Assembly: GCA_963662315.1 (NCBI GenBank) | Contig: OY759353.1 | Span: 2,560,001 to 2,624,000, forward strand | Reading direction: 5' to 3' | From: Geopsychrobacteraceae bacterium | Lineage (GTDB): Bacteria > Desulfobacterota > Desulfuromonadia > Desulfuromonadales > Geopsychrobacteraceae | Length of the DNA stretch: 64,000 nucleotides | Shown here: in pieces, positions 38,802-49,275 of the stretch | Layout of the letters: the number at the start of each line of letters is the position of its first letter | How positions within the stretch are numbered: the first letter of the stretch is position 1 | Made by a program: the position numbers and the translations under genes | The notes under the pieces: model-generated | Told to the model about the DNA's origin: nothing | Database searches by the model: none | Seen by the model: only the letters and a program-made list of their open reading frames with translations

Positions 38802-39620
38802 ATGAGCAGAGAAACAGCATCGGCAAAAGAAGACACTCAAGAAGATCCGCAATCAACACAACTGCTGGCTGATATTCGGGCCATCCTGACAGAAGATCGC
38901 ATTTCATCCCATGACCTTGCTAAGGCTCTGGCTGACCTTAAAGACCGGCCTTGGTGTAGATTGAATGATGGTCTGCCTATGACTAAAAATGGTCTGTCAA
39001 AGCTACTGAAGCCCATTGGTATCAAGTCCCGGACCATCAGACTGACCTGCGGAAAAACTCTTAAAGGGTATCTGGCAAAACAGTTTAATGGTGCATGGTC
39101 ACGGCACCTTCCTAATCAAAACGTAACAACGTCACAAGCTTGTAATATCAGTAACTTAAGCAGCAGAAAAAACGTAACAGACCTACCATTGGTTACAGAT
39201 GCAGGGAAGTCTGAGCCGTTGCCCTCCCAGCAGTGTGACGTTATTGCTTTCCCGACAGGCAGAAACATCCGTGAAGAAAAGGAAGGGCAATCAGGGTGCC
39301 AAATCAAGGTCCTTGCAAGGGCATGGCTTGAAGGTGGTGAGCTTCATTTGAGGGGAACATTCCCTGACCTTGCTGCCGAGATCGCTTTATTGACCGGCGA
39401 AGATTTGTCTCTACAGAAAGAACTGCTATCAACGCATTGCCCATCCCATAGCCCGACAAGTATTGAGGCATTATTTGAAGCTTGGGATGAACGCTGCGCC
39501 ATCATGGAGTACGATGGAGGGCTATCAAAGGAAGATGCAGAGTATGAGGCTGCAAAGTTATACTACCTGATTCCATGGTTGTCGGAGTTGCGGAACCGGG
39601 AGCCTGTTGATATCGATTGA
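38802..39620 (+). CDS. DUF3631-like domain protein (C-terminal module of satellite primase/helicases)
   Basis: RISSHDLAKAL..DRPW..LSKLLKPIGIKSRTIR..KGY; C-terminal ERCAIMEYDGGLSKEDAE. Confidence 0.7.
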   Translation: MSRETASAKEDTQEDPQSTQLLADIRAILTEDRISSHDLAKALADLKDRPWCRLNDGLPMTKNGLSKLLKPIGIKSRTIRLTCGKTLKGYLAKQFNGAWSRHLPNQNVTTSQACNISNLSSRKNVTDLPLVTDAGKSEPLPSQQCDVIAFPTGRNIREEKEGQSGCQIKVLARAWLEGGELHLRGTFPDLAAEIALLTGEDLSLQKELLSTHCPSHSPTSIEALFEAWDERCAIMEYDGGLSKEDAEYEAAKLYYLIPWLSELRNREPVDID

Positions 39621-39906
39621 AGGGGAAAAAATCAGATCAGGGGAACGGTCCCTGCCTGACACGTTGACCCCTTCCATCCATCCCATCCGACTTCGCATGC
39701 GTCCCACCATCCTGAATTAGCCTCATTTTGAAGTAGCAGCATCCTACAAGTACCTTACAGATATAAGTACTTATTTAAGCATGTTGAACCTTCTGAACTT
39801 ATAAAAATTGCTCACAGAAGCTTGCAACTCTTCCAGTAAGCAGAATTACTATGTTTCTTTTGCTACATAATCATTGGATAAATTTGCTTTTAGACATGTC
39901 AGATAG

Positions 39907-40188
39907 TTATGGCATATAGGAAGGACGCGGAACGTCTTTTGTAATGAATATGTAGAGAAAATAAAAAACAGCATATATGGAAAATATCTTCAATGTGAAA
40001 TTTTCAATATGAAATCTGTTTTTTATCTTTGATAAGACAAAAATAATTCCTAATAAAATCACAGCTCCGGCTAAAAAGGTGCCAATGTTTTTAATGATAT
40101 CAATAAAAAAGCCATCTCTTGCGATGAAGAAATATACCAAAACTATTCCACTTATGACCTCAATAGCATTGTCTTTGACCCACTGCAT
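39907..40188 (-). CDS. Small membrane protein (about 3 TM), AT-rich
   Basis: AGGAG RBS; hydrophobic segments. Confidence 0.55.
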   Translation of the reverse strand: MQWVKDNAIEVISGIVLVYFFIARDGFFIDIIKNIGTFLAGAVILLGIIFVLSKIKNRFHIENFTLKIFSIYAVFYFLYIFITKDVPRPSYMP

Positions 40189-40244
40189 ATTTAATTAACT
40201 CCTGAAAATTGCAAAAGTATTCCGATTAAATGAAGTCGTGCGAT

Positions 40245-40964
40245 TTATCCACTTATTTCTTCCAGAGCGATTACCTTCTTTAATAGTTTTTTATTGATAT
40301 CATCAGCATCGATGCCGCGCGTAACTTCAGCATGACAATTGGGGCAAATAGCTGCCGTATTGTATATTGAATCATTTCCACCCCCTTCAAGTGATTCAAT
40401 ATGATGAACTTCCAAGTATGGCTGACCAGACCTTGAAATAAATGGGGCCGGAGAACCACACTTCTCACATATCCCTGCCGCTCTCAACAAGACATAAGCT
40501 TTGATGCTGGCATTCCTTGATCTTGTAGTGCTTTGCTGGACTGTTGTTTTTGAAACAGGGTCTACTGATTTTGCAGTTTCTCTCAACTCTTCAAGTGACC
40601 CTTTGTATTTATCAATTCCAAAGTAGTCGTAAATTCGCGGATCTTTACTGCCTTGACGCGGAATGGCTCTTATGGCCGTCTCAGGAGTGTAGTCTTCTAT
40701 AGGGATGATTGTATTGGTGTCTGCCCTTAGGTAGGGTTGACCTCTTAAAGAGCCGTCTGGATTGGTTTTTTGACATACTTTCAGATCTGCGCGAAAACGA
40801 CTGCCTATTGGATTTTCTTCGCGTAATTTCCTTGGAAATTCAACTCGCCAATCATCAGGTATCAGATCGCATAGCACGTGAACACGTGGCCTAGAAATGC
40901 CATCATCACGGCATGTTTCAACTAAAGCACTGAACAGCATTTCTCCTACTGCTAATTTAATCAT
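40245..40964 (-). CDS. HNH endonuclease (McrA-like C-terminus) with an unassigned N-terminal domain
   Basis: CEKC...PYLEVHH...GGND...AICPNCH. Confidence 0.88.
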   Translation of the reverse strand: MIKLAVGEMLFSALVETCRDDGISRPRVHVLCDLIPDDWRVEFPRKLREENPIGSRFRADLKVCQKTNPDGSLRGQPYLRADTNTIIPIEDYTPETAIRAIPRQGSKDPRIYDYFGIDKYKGSLEELRETAKSVDPVSKTTVQQSTTRSRNASIKAYVLLRAAGICEKCGSPAPFISRSGQPYLEVHHIESLEGGGNDSIYNTAAICPNCHAEVTRGIDADDINKKLLKKVIALEEISG

Positions 40965-41029
40965 ATCTTTACTCGCTTTATATTTGGTTCACGCGGTGAA
41001 AGTACGGGCAAGATGATCTCAATGTTTTG

Positions 41030-41521
41030 TTAAGGAGATATCTCATCCTTTGCCAGCGCATCCCAGTCTAGCGCCTTGATTTTATCTAAAACCCTTGGCT
41101 CAATTGGCATGGCAAACTTTTCCTGCCTCCATTCCATAGTCAGCCCCGAAGTCCAAATATCCTCACCGGGATTCGCTGTCGGTTTCGATTCGAAGTGCGC
41201 CCGACATGATACAGGGGCCTCAGAGCAAAAGGGGTATTCACTCTTGGCAAGGCGTGGATTTCTTTTTAAGAATTGTTCTTTTTGTTTGTCAGAAATGGGA
41301 AGAGGAATCGGCGCACGATCAACTAAAAGATACCGCTCACCATTGGACTCAAGGAGCCATGGCTCCTCTGGTGGAATACCCCGGAAAGTTGGCAAGCCTT
41401 CTATCTGATTACCGTAGGTGCGGCCCTGCTGAAGCCATGTCATGTAAATGATGCGCCCGGAGTTAAGCTCTATACGCTCCATCTCATAGAAATATTCATT
41501 GAGGTCTTTAATTTGGCTCAT
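41030..41521 (-). CDS. Hypothetical protein
   Basis: GGAGG RBS before MSQIK; 163 aa ORF ending LDWDALAKDEISP. Confidence 0.65.
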   Translation of the reverse strand: MSQIKDLNEYFYEMERIELNSGRIIYMTWLQQGRTYGNQIEGLPTFRGIPPEEPWLLESNGERYLLVDRAPIPLPISDKQKEQFLKRNPRLAKSEYPFCSEAPVSCRAHFESKPTANPGEDIWTSGLTMEWRQEKFAMPIEPRVLDKIKALDWDALAKDEISP

Positions 41522-41628
41522 GTGGTTCCTCCATGTAGATGCCCTATAGCAAAACATTACAAGCGTTACAGTGTAGCAATAATATCAAACAAATATCTGA
41601 ATAATAGAAAATCAATAGCATTATATGT

Positions 41629-41975
41629 GTGAAATACAGCGAGATCGGTAATTTGGTAAATTCAAACAGCCTACTCAGGGCCATCTTGTCACAACAAGTT
41701 TGGCAATCGCTGAAGGGACCGGGAATCAGCATAAGGCAGTTATTCAACTGGTACGGACATATCAGGAGGACCTTGAGGCGTTTGGCCCACTCACATTTGA
41801 AATGGCGAAGGGCCAACCTCTTAACCAAGGAGGTTTTGCAAAGTCTACCGAATACGCCCTGCTCAATGAACGACAGGCAACGCTGATCATGAGCTATATG
41901 CGGAATACGGAAGTTATCCGCAAGTTCAAAATAAAACTGGTCAAAACGTTCTTTGTCAGTTTGGTTCTCATGTAG
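41629..41975 (+). pseudogene. Rha-family phage regulatory protein, frameshifted/truncated
   Basis: TTSLAIAEGTGNQHKAVIQLVR..LNERQATLIMSYMRN..FKIKLVKTF; N-terminus appears to lie in another frame. Confidence 0.65.
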
Positions 41976-42410
41976 GTTTCATTGTATGTCCTTAAGGGTT
42001 GTTGATCAGCTTAACGACAGGTGGGCAGAACCCAGAAAAATGAGTTTCAAAAAATCGGCATAGTCAAAAAAATAGGGGAGGTACTTTTTCAGGCGGTGAA
42101 AAAATGAGTTCTGAAAATCGGGGAAATCATACCGGGCGACTGGGTCCCAATATAGGGAAACGGGAATGCGTTTTAGAGGGGTATAGGTACTCCCCCGAGG
42201 GGGGGCTACCTAGTCCATGGCGTGGAGTGCTACTGGCAAAGGTCCTCAAAACCTTTATTTTGTCGCACGATAAAAAAGAACAAGTTAAGGCATAAATGAA
42301 AAGAACAAGCTTCCCCACTACAAGCAAAAAAATGGGGACAGAGTGGGGACAACTTATTCAGACACAAAAAAAGCACCCGGCCAAAAACTGGCTAAGTGCT
42401 TGATTTTAAA

Positions 42411-42487
<77 letters not shown>

Positions 42488-42601
42488 ACGAAGAGCAGTG
42501 TTATCGCTCATATCCGAAACGTTGTCAATACTTTTATTTCGAAAATCAGCATTCTGCTTTTTTACTTTTGAATCCCCTACAGAGAAGACTCTTTTAATAA
42601 C

Positions 42602-42689
42602 TGGCGGAGAGGCGGGGATTCGAACCCCGGGTAGCATACACTACACTCGCTTAGCAGGCGAGCACCATCGGCCTCTCGGTCACCTCTCC
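42602..42689 (-). tRNA. tRNA-Ser(GCT)
   Basis: CTGCTAA anticodon loop, long variable arm, CCA end. Confidence 0.95.
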
Positions 42690-42714
42690 GCAAACTTGTT
42701 ATTCTTTTTTTAGA

Positions 42715-42800
42715 TGGCGGAAGAGGTAGGATTCGAACCCACGGAACTTTCGTTCAACGGTTTTCAAGACCGCCGCCTTAAACCACTCGGCCACTCTTCC
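42715..42800 (-). tRNA. tRNA-Ser(TGA)
   Basis: CTTGAAA anticodon loop, long variable arm, CCA end. Confidence 0.95.
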
Positions 42801-42904
42801 GCATCGGCAAAGTAGATCTTACCGAAAAAGCTTGGGGAATGTAACGAAAAATTTCCTAAAATGCAACCCCTAAGAATAAGTTTTTCGGTACCACCCAAAG
42901 TTTT

Positions 42905-44176
42905 TTACTTGGTGATTTTCTCTATTCCACCCATATACGGTCTGAGAACTTCCGGTACGATGACAGAGCCATCTTCCTGCTGATAATTTTCCAGAACCGC
43001 CAATAACGTCCGGCCTACAGCAAGGCCAGAACCGTTCAAAGTATGGACCAACTCTGCTTTTTTGGCTCCTTCACGGCGAAAGCGAATGGCAGCACGCCGG
43101 GCCTGGAAGTCACGGAAATTGGAGCAGGAAGAAATCTCACGGTAACAGGATTGTCCGGGCAACCAGACTTCCAGGTCAAAGGTACGCGCGGCGGAAAAGC
43201 CGATATCTCCGGTACACAGGTCAACAACCCGATACGGCAATTTCAGCAGCTGCAGGACTTTCTCAGCATTGTTGAGCAGTTTTTCCAGCTCAGCATCAGA
43301 GTCTTCAGGGCGCACAAACTTGACCAGTTCAACCTTGTTAAATTGGTGCTGACGGATCAGGCCACGGGTATCACGGCCATGCGACCCGGCTTCTTTGCGG
43401 AAACACGGCGTATAAGCTGTGTATTGAAGAGGCAGATCCTGCTCCTGCAGAATTTCATCACGATGAATATTGGTCACCGGAACTTCTGCTGTCGGGATCA
43501 GAAACAGATCTACATCTTCCGTGTGGAACAGGTCACTTTCAAACTTCGGCAACTGCCCGGTACCGGTCATGGTCGCACGATTGACCAGAAACGGTGGCAA
43601 AGTTTCCGTATAGCCATGTTCGGTGGTATGCAGGTCAAGCATAAAGTTGATCAGAGCACGCTCAAGACGAGCACCGGCCCCGAGGTACAAAGCAAAACGG
43701 GCACCGGAAAGCTTGCTGGCCCGTTCAAAATCGAGAATCCCCAGGCTTTCACCAATATCCCAGTGCGCTTTTGGCTCAAAGGCAAATTCAGGCTTTTCAC
43801 CCCAGGTCCGAACCTCGACATTATCATCTTCCGACTTGCCGACCGGAGACAGCTCATGAGGGATGTTCGGAACCCCCATCAACAGAGCATTGAGTTCTTC
43901 TTCAACATTGCCCAGCTCATCATCCAGTTCTTTGATACGCGCCGAAACAGTCTTCATCTCGGCAATCTCGGTCTGCACCTGGCTCTTATCCTTGGTTTTA
44001 CCGATTAAAGCCGAAACCCGGTTCTTTTCCGCTTTCAGAGTTTCAGATTCTGACAGCAGATCACGCCGCCGCTGATCGAGCGTGATAAAACCGGACAGAT
44101 CAACCGAACCGCTCCGGTTGGACAAAGCCTGCTGGGCAGCCGCAAAATTTTCCCGTAAATATCTGATATCGAGCAT
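42905..44176 (-). CDS. serS: Serine--tRNA ligase
   Basis: [41 protein letters not shown]. Confidence 0.97.
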   Translation of the reverse strand: MLDIRYLRENFAAAQQALSNRSGSVDLSGFITLDQRRRDLLSESETLKAEKNRVSALIGKTKDKSQVQTEIAEMKTVSARIKELDDELGNVEEELNALLMGVPNIPHELSPVGKSEDDNVEVRTWGEKPEFAFEPKAHWDIGESLGILDFERASKLSGARFALYLGAGARLERALINFMLDLHTTEHGYTETLPPFLVNRATMTGTGQLPKFESDLFHTEDVDLFLIPTAEVPVTNIHRDEILQEQDLPLQYTAYTPCFRKEAGSHGRDTRGLIRQHQFNKVELVKFVRPEDSDAELEKLLNNAEKVLQLLKLPYRVVDLCTGDIGFSAARTFDLEVWLPGQSCYREISSCSNFRDFQARRAAIRFRREGAKKAELVHTLNGSGLAVGRTLLAVLENYQQEDGSVIVPEVLRPYMGGIEKITK

Positions 44177-44308
44177 GATTTATTCCTCCATGCGATTAAA
44201 TAATCAATGAACAGAAGTTGATAACACTTCTCCCCCCCAAGGGTCAAGGATTGCGGCGGTTATTTGCGGGATTAAGGGGGGGAAGAAAGATTCTGCCTAC
44301 CTGAAATC

Positions 44309-44342
44309 CCCCTCACCCTGCCCCTCTCCCCCAGGAGAGGGA
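44309..44342. repeat. REP-like CCCTCACCC..CCTCTCCC..GGAGAGGG palindrome
   Basis: Related, reversed or degenerate copies near 20790-20829 and 24107-24135. Confidence 0.5.
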
Positions 44343-44508
44343 ATTTTCAACTTGCCATGAGGATTCAAGGAGTGAATGATATGCGTCGCCTCTGCTACGG
44401 GAGATAGATTTACCCCAGATACGAGGCACCGTGCAGTTTTTAACCGCAGGTGTGGCAGCGCCACTCCGAGGATTAAAAACAAGCGGGAACGAAGGAGATG
44501 GGGTGAAG

Positions 44509-45087
44509 CTATTTCCCGCTGCTCCCATTGACCCACCATTCGCGATCATCATCAAACCACCACTTCGACGAATCGGTCTCCCAGATTTCCTTGGCCAGCG
44601 CCTTGGCAACATCGGTTTTCAGGCGCTCCTGGGAAAAAGGGAACCACTCGTCAGCATAACGGTTGCCCAGATCTTTGCGCTCTTTCAATGACAGAATCAT
44701 TTCCAGTTGATCTGCATCATGGGCCAACAAAGCCTCATGACTTTCTTTGGCGATATATTCAAGGGTTGTTTGCCGGTAATCATCACCAAACGGCAGCTGA
44801 CTGGCAAGATCCTCGATGGCCTTTTCCTCGTCGACCGTAACATACTTTTTATTCACATAGTTCATGTCACCGGTCCGCGCCTCCGGGATATCGTGAAACA
44901 GGCACAGCTGCAGGACCTTCGCAACATCAGCATGACCGTCAAGCTGGGCCAAGGTATAACCGATCATAGCGGTCCGAAAGCTGTGTTCTGCAACCGATTG
45001 AGCTCCTGAGCCAAGAAATTGAAACCCGGTGCGGGGTGTACGCTTAAGCATACCGACTTCAAACAAAAAATTTGCAATGTTCTTCAT
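44509..45087 (-). CDS. HD-domain hydrolase (YfbR-like)
   Basis: LKRTPRTG, SVAEHS, FHDIPE, DADQLE. Confidence 0.88.
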   Translation of the reverse strand: MKNIANFLFEVGMLKRTPRTGFQFLGSGAQSVAEHSFRTAMIGYTLAQLDGHADVAKVLQLCLFHDIPEARTGDMNYVNKKYVTVDEEKAIEDLASQLPFGDDYRQTTLEYIAKESHEALLAHDADQLEMILSLKERKDLGNRYADEWFPFSQERLKTDVAKALAKEIWETDSSKWWFDDDREWWVNGSSGK

Positions 45088-45282
45088 TCCATAATCTCCA
45101 CCAAAAGTGATCGCCAGAGCCCAGCATAACCCGTCATTTTAGCCTTTTCAACCGACCAATTGACATTATTCCATCCCGACATTGGCAGCAGATCATCCGC
45201 GCCCCTCCCATACCCGTGCTGATTATGGTTATAATGGTAAGAAACTATCCAGGTTTATTTCACATAGAAAGGACCAGATATT

Positions 45283-46671
45283 ATGTCTGTATTTCGCATC
45301 GAACAGGATTCTCTCGGTGAGATGAAAGTCCCTGACAATGCTCTTTATGGCGCCCAGACGGCACGGGCGATAGATAACTTCCCTGTCTCAGGCTTAACCT
45401 TGCCGCGTCCGCTATTACGTGCCCTCGGTTTGCTCAAAAAGCATGCCGCCCGCAGCAATGCCGATCTGGGCTTGCTCGATTCAAAAGTGGCTACAGCCAT
45501 CATCCAGGCAGCAGCGGAAGTTGCCCAGGGGGAGCATGACCAGCATTTTCCTGTCGATATTTTTCAGACCGGATCAGGTACCAGCAGCAACATGAACACC
45601 AACGAGGTCATTGCCAACCGCGCTGCCCAGATCCTTGGCCAGGAAATCGGCAACAAAGCAGTTCACCCCAATGACCACGTCAACATGGGGCAATCAAGCA
45701 ACGATGTATTTCCCAGCGCCATCCATATTGCCTGCGCCGAACAGATTTACCAGACCCTGCTCCCGGCACTGGCCGAACTGCATCAGACCCTTATGGCAAA
45801 AGCTGATGAGTTTAAAGATGTGTTGAAGATAGGTCGAACCCATTTGCAGGATGCCACCCCGGTTAAAGTTGGCCAGGTGTTTTCCGGCTATGCCCGCCAG
45901 ATTGAACTGGCCCATGAGCGGGTCGAAATGGCGACCAAAGGCCTGTTTGAACTCCCCCTTGGCGGCACCGCCATTGGCACCGGAATCAACACCCATCCGC
46001 AATTTGCCGCTCTAACGATCGCAGCCATTGCCAAGGAGACAACAATCCCCTTCGTGGAAGCAGAGAATCACTTTGAGGCTCAGGGTGCCAAGGATGCCCT
46101 GGTGCAGGTCAGTGGCAGCATGAAAAGCTGTGCCGTCAGCCTGTTCAAGATCGCCAATGATATCCGTTTCCTCTCTAGCGGCCCGCGCTGCGGCATCGGC
46201 GAACTGATTCTCCCTGCAGTACAACCGGGTAGCTCCATCATGCCCGGCAAGATCAACCCGGTTATGGCTGAATCGCTCATGCAGGTCTGCGCCCAGGTTA
46301 TCGGTAACGATGCAACAGTTTCCCTTTCCGGGTTATCCGGCAACTTTGAACTCAATGTCATGATGCCGGTCATTGCGTATAACACCCTGCAGAGTATTGA
46401 ACTATTGTGTCGCGGTGTGAAAGCCTTTACTGAAAAATGTCTCCATGGTCTGGAAGCGGATGAACAGCGCTGCGAAGATCTGCTTGAGCAAAGCCTCGCC
46501 CTGGTCACAGCCCTGGTACCTGAGATCGGTTATGACCATGCTGCAGCCCTGGCAAAGGAGGCACACAAAACGGGCAAGACATTGCGCGAACTAGCGTTGC
46601 GTGACGGGATAGATGCAGAGGTGCTGGACAAGCTGCTCGATCCGGCAGCGATGACACATCCCTTGGGATAA
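45283..46671 (+). CDS. fumC: Class II fumarate hydratase
   Basis: QTGSGTSSNMN, GRTHLQDA, PGSSIMPGKINP. Confidence 0.95.
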   Translation: MSVFRIEQDSLGEMKVPDNALYGAQTARAIDNFPVSGLTLPRPLLRALGLLKKHAARSNADLGLLDSKVATAIIQAAAEVAQGEHDQHFPVDIFQTGSGTSSNMNTNEVIANRAAQILGQEIGNKAVHPNDHVNMGQSSNDVFPSAIHIACAEQIYQTLLPALAELHQTLMAKADEFKDVLKIGRTHLQDATPVKVGQVFSGYARQIELAHERVEMATKGLFELPLGGTAIGTGINTHPQFAALTIAAIAKETTIPFVEAENHFEAQGAKDALVQVSGSMKSCAVSLFKIANDIRFLSSGPRCGIGELILPAVQPGSSIMPGKINPVMAESLMQVCAQVIGNDATVSLSGLSGNFELNVMMPVIAYNTLQSIELLCRGVKAFTEKCLHGLEADEQRCEDLLEQSLALVTALVPEIGYDHAAALAKEAHKTGKTLRELALRDGIDAEVLDKLLDPAAMTHPLG

Positions 46672-46678
46672 ATGAAAA

Positions 46679-46708
46679 GAGCTCCCCGAAGGTACTTTCG
46701 GGGAGCTC
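46679..46708. terminator. Hairpin after fumC, possibly bidirectional
   Basis: GAGCTCCCCGAA-loop-TTCGGGGAGCTC. Confidence 0.65.
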
Positions 46709-46836
46709 GAATTTAAAACAGCAAGATGCCACACGAGAAGCGCCACCGCCCCCTACCGACACTTGCCCGTTAGGTGCGCAGCACCGAGGTCTTGATTTTA
46801 AGCTTTGATTTTACAAGAAACAGACAAAAGAAGGAT

Positions 46837-47025
46837 CGCAGGGTCTCGCCCCTGCAGGCGACTGACTTTTTGTCACAATCAAGCCACAAAAAGTCAGCAA
46901 AAAAGGCCCTCTTAAATATGTCCATACTCGGGCGTCGTTCCTCCAATGAATCAACCAGCAACTGACTGGCCGGCCAGACGGCCACAACCTCGCCTGATTG
47001 GCCAGAACCGCACATGCCTTCGGCA
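46837..47025 (-). other. Structured intergenic element, copy 1 (pseudoknot-forming)
   Basis: Homologous to 53134-53322; see findings. Confidence 0.6.
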
Positions 47026-47079
47026 TGAATAAAATTAAAACAAACACGAACTCTTAAAACCGATAAGATTTGCAGGTGG

Positions 47080-48201
47080 TCAATTAACCACCTGCAGAAT
47101 AGCTTCCCCAAACTCCTTGGCCTGCCAGTTCTTCAATAGCGCCGTCGCTTTCAGCTCATCGATATTGCGCGGTTGTCGTTTAGCGATTTCTTCCAGAGTC
47201 GCATTATTAATCAGCACACCGGGATCCAGTTCAAGCTTGGCTGCAACTTTCCTGCGCCAGTCTTTCAGATGCCCAAAGCGTTTTTCCGCTTCAGGGTCTT
47301 TCTGCGGCCGTGGTTTGCGTGGATACCTGGGCAACTGGTCAGCGGGAACGGCAAGGCCCTCGGCAACTGCGGCCAGCAACTTCCCGCTATAGCGCTGGGC
47401 CAAACGCAAAGGCATGCCCTCAATCCCCTCCAACTCGTTACGACCGGTGGGCATCTCCCGCGCGATATCCAGCAACTGCTTATTACCAACAACTTTATAT
47501 ACGGGGCAATCACGCCGCTGCGCTTCGCCATCGCGCCACTGCAGCAGGCTTTCCAGAACCGCAAGTTGTCGCGGCTGTAAGTTCCCAGCACCTTTGAAGC
47601 GCAGGTATTCGGGACCTTCATGCACGGTAAAGCGCGCCTTTTCAAGGATTTCAAATTCTTCCTGAACCCATGCTAAACGCCCTTTGTCACGTAACTGTCC
47701 TTCAAGAATATCCGCCAATTCCTGCAGGTAACGTGTATCCCCTGCCGCATAGCTGACCATTTCATCGCTAAGCGGCCTGATGGTCCAGTCTGCCCGTTGA
47801 TATTTTTTATCCAATTCAAGATTGAAATACTTGCGCAACATATCGGCCAGACCGAAACGTTCTTCACCGACAAACTGGCTCGAAATCATGGTATCGAACA
47901 AACCATTGATCTCAATGTCAAAATCACGCGCCAGGCAGCGAACGTCATAATCCGCCGCATGAAACAGTTTACGCACCGATCCATCGGCTAGAACCGGTTT
48001 AAGAGCTGACAGATCCGCACCATCAAGAGGATCAATAAGAACCGTTTTTTCTGCAGTGGTAAATTGCAGCAGACAGACCTGCTCATGATAGTGATGCATG
48101 GAATCGGCTTCCAGATCGACAGCGATGACCGGAAACTTTTCCAGGTGGGTGGCAAATTCGTTTATTTCTTCGGTTGTGGTCAGAATTGGTGGTAAAGACA
48201 T
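47080..48201 (-). CDS. rnd: Ribonuclease D (3'-5' exonuclease + HRDC)
   Basis: AVDLEAD, FHAADYD, LFDT, DWTIRPL, YAAGD; HRDC domains. Confidence 0.88.
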   Translation of the reverse strand: MSLPPILTTTEEINEFATHLEKFPVIAVDLEADSMHHYHEQVCLLQFTTAEKTVLIDPLDGADLSALKPVLADGSVRKLFHAADYDVRCLARDFDIEINGLFDTMISSQFVGEERFGLADMLRKYFNLELDKKYQRADWTIRPLSDEMVSYAAGDTRYLQELADILEGQLRDKGRLAWVQEEFEILEKARFTVHEGPEYLRFKGAGNLQPRQLAVLESLLQWRDGEAQRRDCPVYKVVGNKQLLDIAREMPTGRNELEGIEGMPLRLAQRYSGKLLAAVAEGLAVPADQLPRYPRKPRPQKDPEAEKRFGHLKDWRRKVAAKLELDPGVLINNATLEEIAKRQPRNIDELKATALLKNWQAKEFGEAILQVVN

Positions 48202-49275
48202 TCATTCTCCGTTTAATAAAATTTCCAAAACTTTTTTATGGGCTCCGTGTAAAGCAAGCTCCTGAAGTTCTTGCCGGGACAACCAGGAACCTTGCCCCTC
48301 ATTCACGCTAAGACTTTCCGTTTGCAGATGGTAAACCTGCGCCTCCAGACGGAAATGACTGTAAATATGACGAACCAGGCCAAGACAACGGGCCTCTTCC
48401 GCTACAGAGAAATCCTGCTTCAGCATAGCTACTTTGGCCTCAGGTGACTCACCATCAGCCAAGCCAAGGGCAGGAAACTCCCATAATCCCCCCAGAAAGC
48501 CCTCGGCGACTCGCCTTCTGGACAGAATCCTGCCATTGCGCTCAAGCAGCAGAACAACCTCGCGCCGCGTTGGCGTTTTTTGGGTCGGCTGTTTGACCGG
48601 CAACTCATTTTCAATACCCAACTTCTGCGCCTGACACAAGGAGGCAACCGGGCACTGATCACATTGGGGTCGACGTGGCGTACACAGGGTGGCCCCGAAA
48701 TCCATAATCGCCTGGGTATAATCATGAACCCGCCGCTCAGGGGTCAGTTTTTCAGCCCACAGCCACAGCTGTTTTTCAGCCCGGCTGGTTCGGGCCGGTT
48801 CCTGCCAGGCCAGCAAACGGCACAGGACCCGTCTGACATTACCATCAAGAATCGCCACCTGTTTGTCAAACGCCAGGGCGGCAATCGCGCCAGCTGTCGA
48901 ACGACCGACACCGGGCAAGCTTTGTAGCAGATGCGGATCCGACGGGAAAACCCCGCTATACTCCTCGACCACCTGCCGCGCGGCAGCATGAAGGTTACGC
49001 GCCCGTGAATAATAGCCAAGCCCGGCCCACAGGTCGATCACCGCTTCGAGGGGAGCCGCAGCCAAAGTGTCTACACTGGGAAAGCTTGCCAGAAAGCGCT
49101 GGTAGTAATCAATGACTGCTGCAACCGTCGTTTGCTGCAGCATAATCTCTGACAGCCAGATGCGATAGGGATCCCGACTGTGACGCCAGGGCAGATCGCG
49201 CCCCTGGCGATCATACCAGGCCAGCAGACGCTCACTGTAATCAGCAGGATCAAAAGGTAGTTCAGCCAATTTCAA
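48202..49275 (-). CDS. mutY: A/G-specific adenine glycosylase
   Basis: [35 protein letters not shown]6CX2CX5C. Confidence 0.96.
   Translation of the reverse strand: MKLAELPFDPADYSERLLAWYDRQGRDLPWRHSRDPYRIWLSEIMLQQTTVAAVIDYYQRFLASFPSVDTLAAAPLEAVIDLWAGLGYYSRARNLHAAARQVVEEYSGVFPSDPHLLQSLPGVGRSTAGAIAALAFDKQVAILDGNVRRVLCRLLAWQEPARTSRAEKQLWLWAEKLTPERRVHDYTQAIMDFGATLCTPRRPQCDQCPVASLCQAQKLGIENELPVKQPTQKTPTRREVVLLLERNGRILSRRRVAEGFLGGLWEFPALGLADGESPEAKVAMLKQDFSVAEEARCLGLVRHIYSHFRLEAQVYHLQTESLSVNEGQGSWLSRQELQELALHGAHKKVLEILLNGE

Noticed and set aside
43043..44008. 321-aa plus-strand ORF
   Set aside because: Antisense shadow of serS
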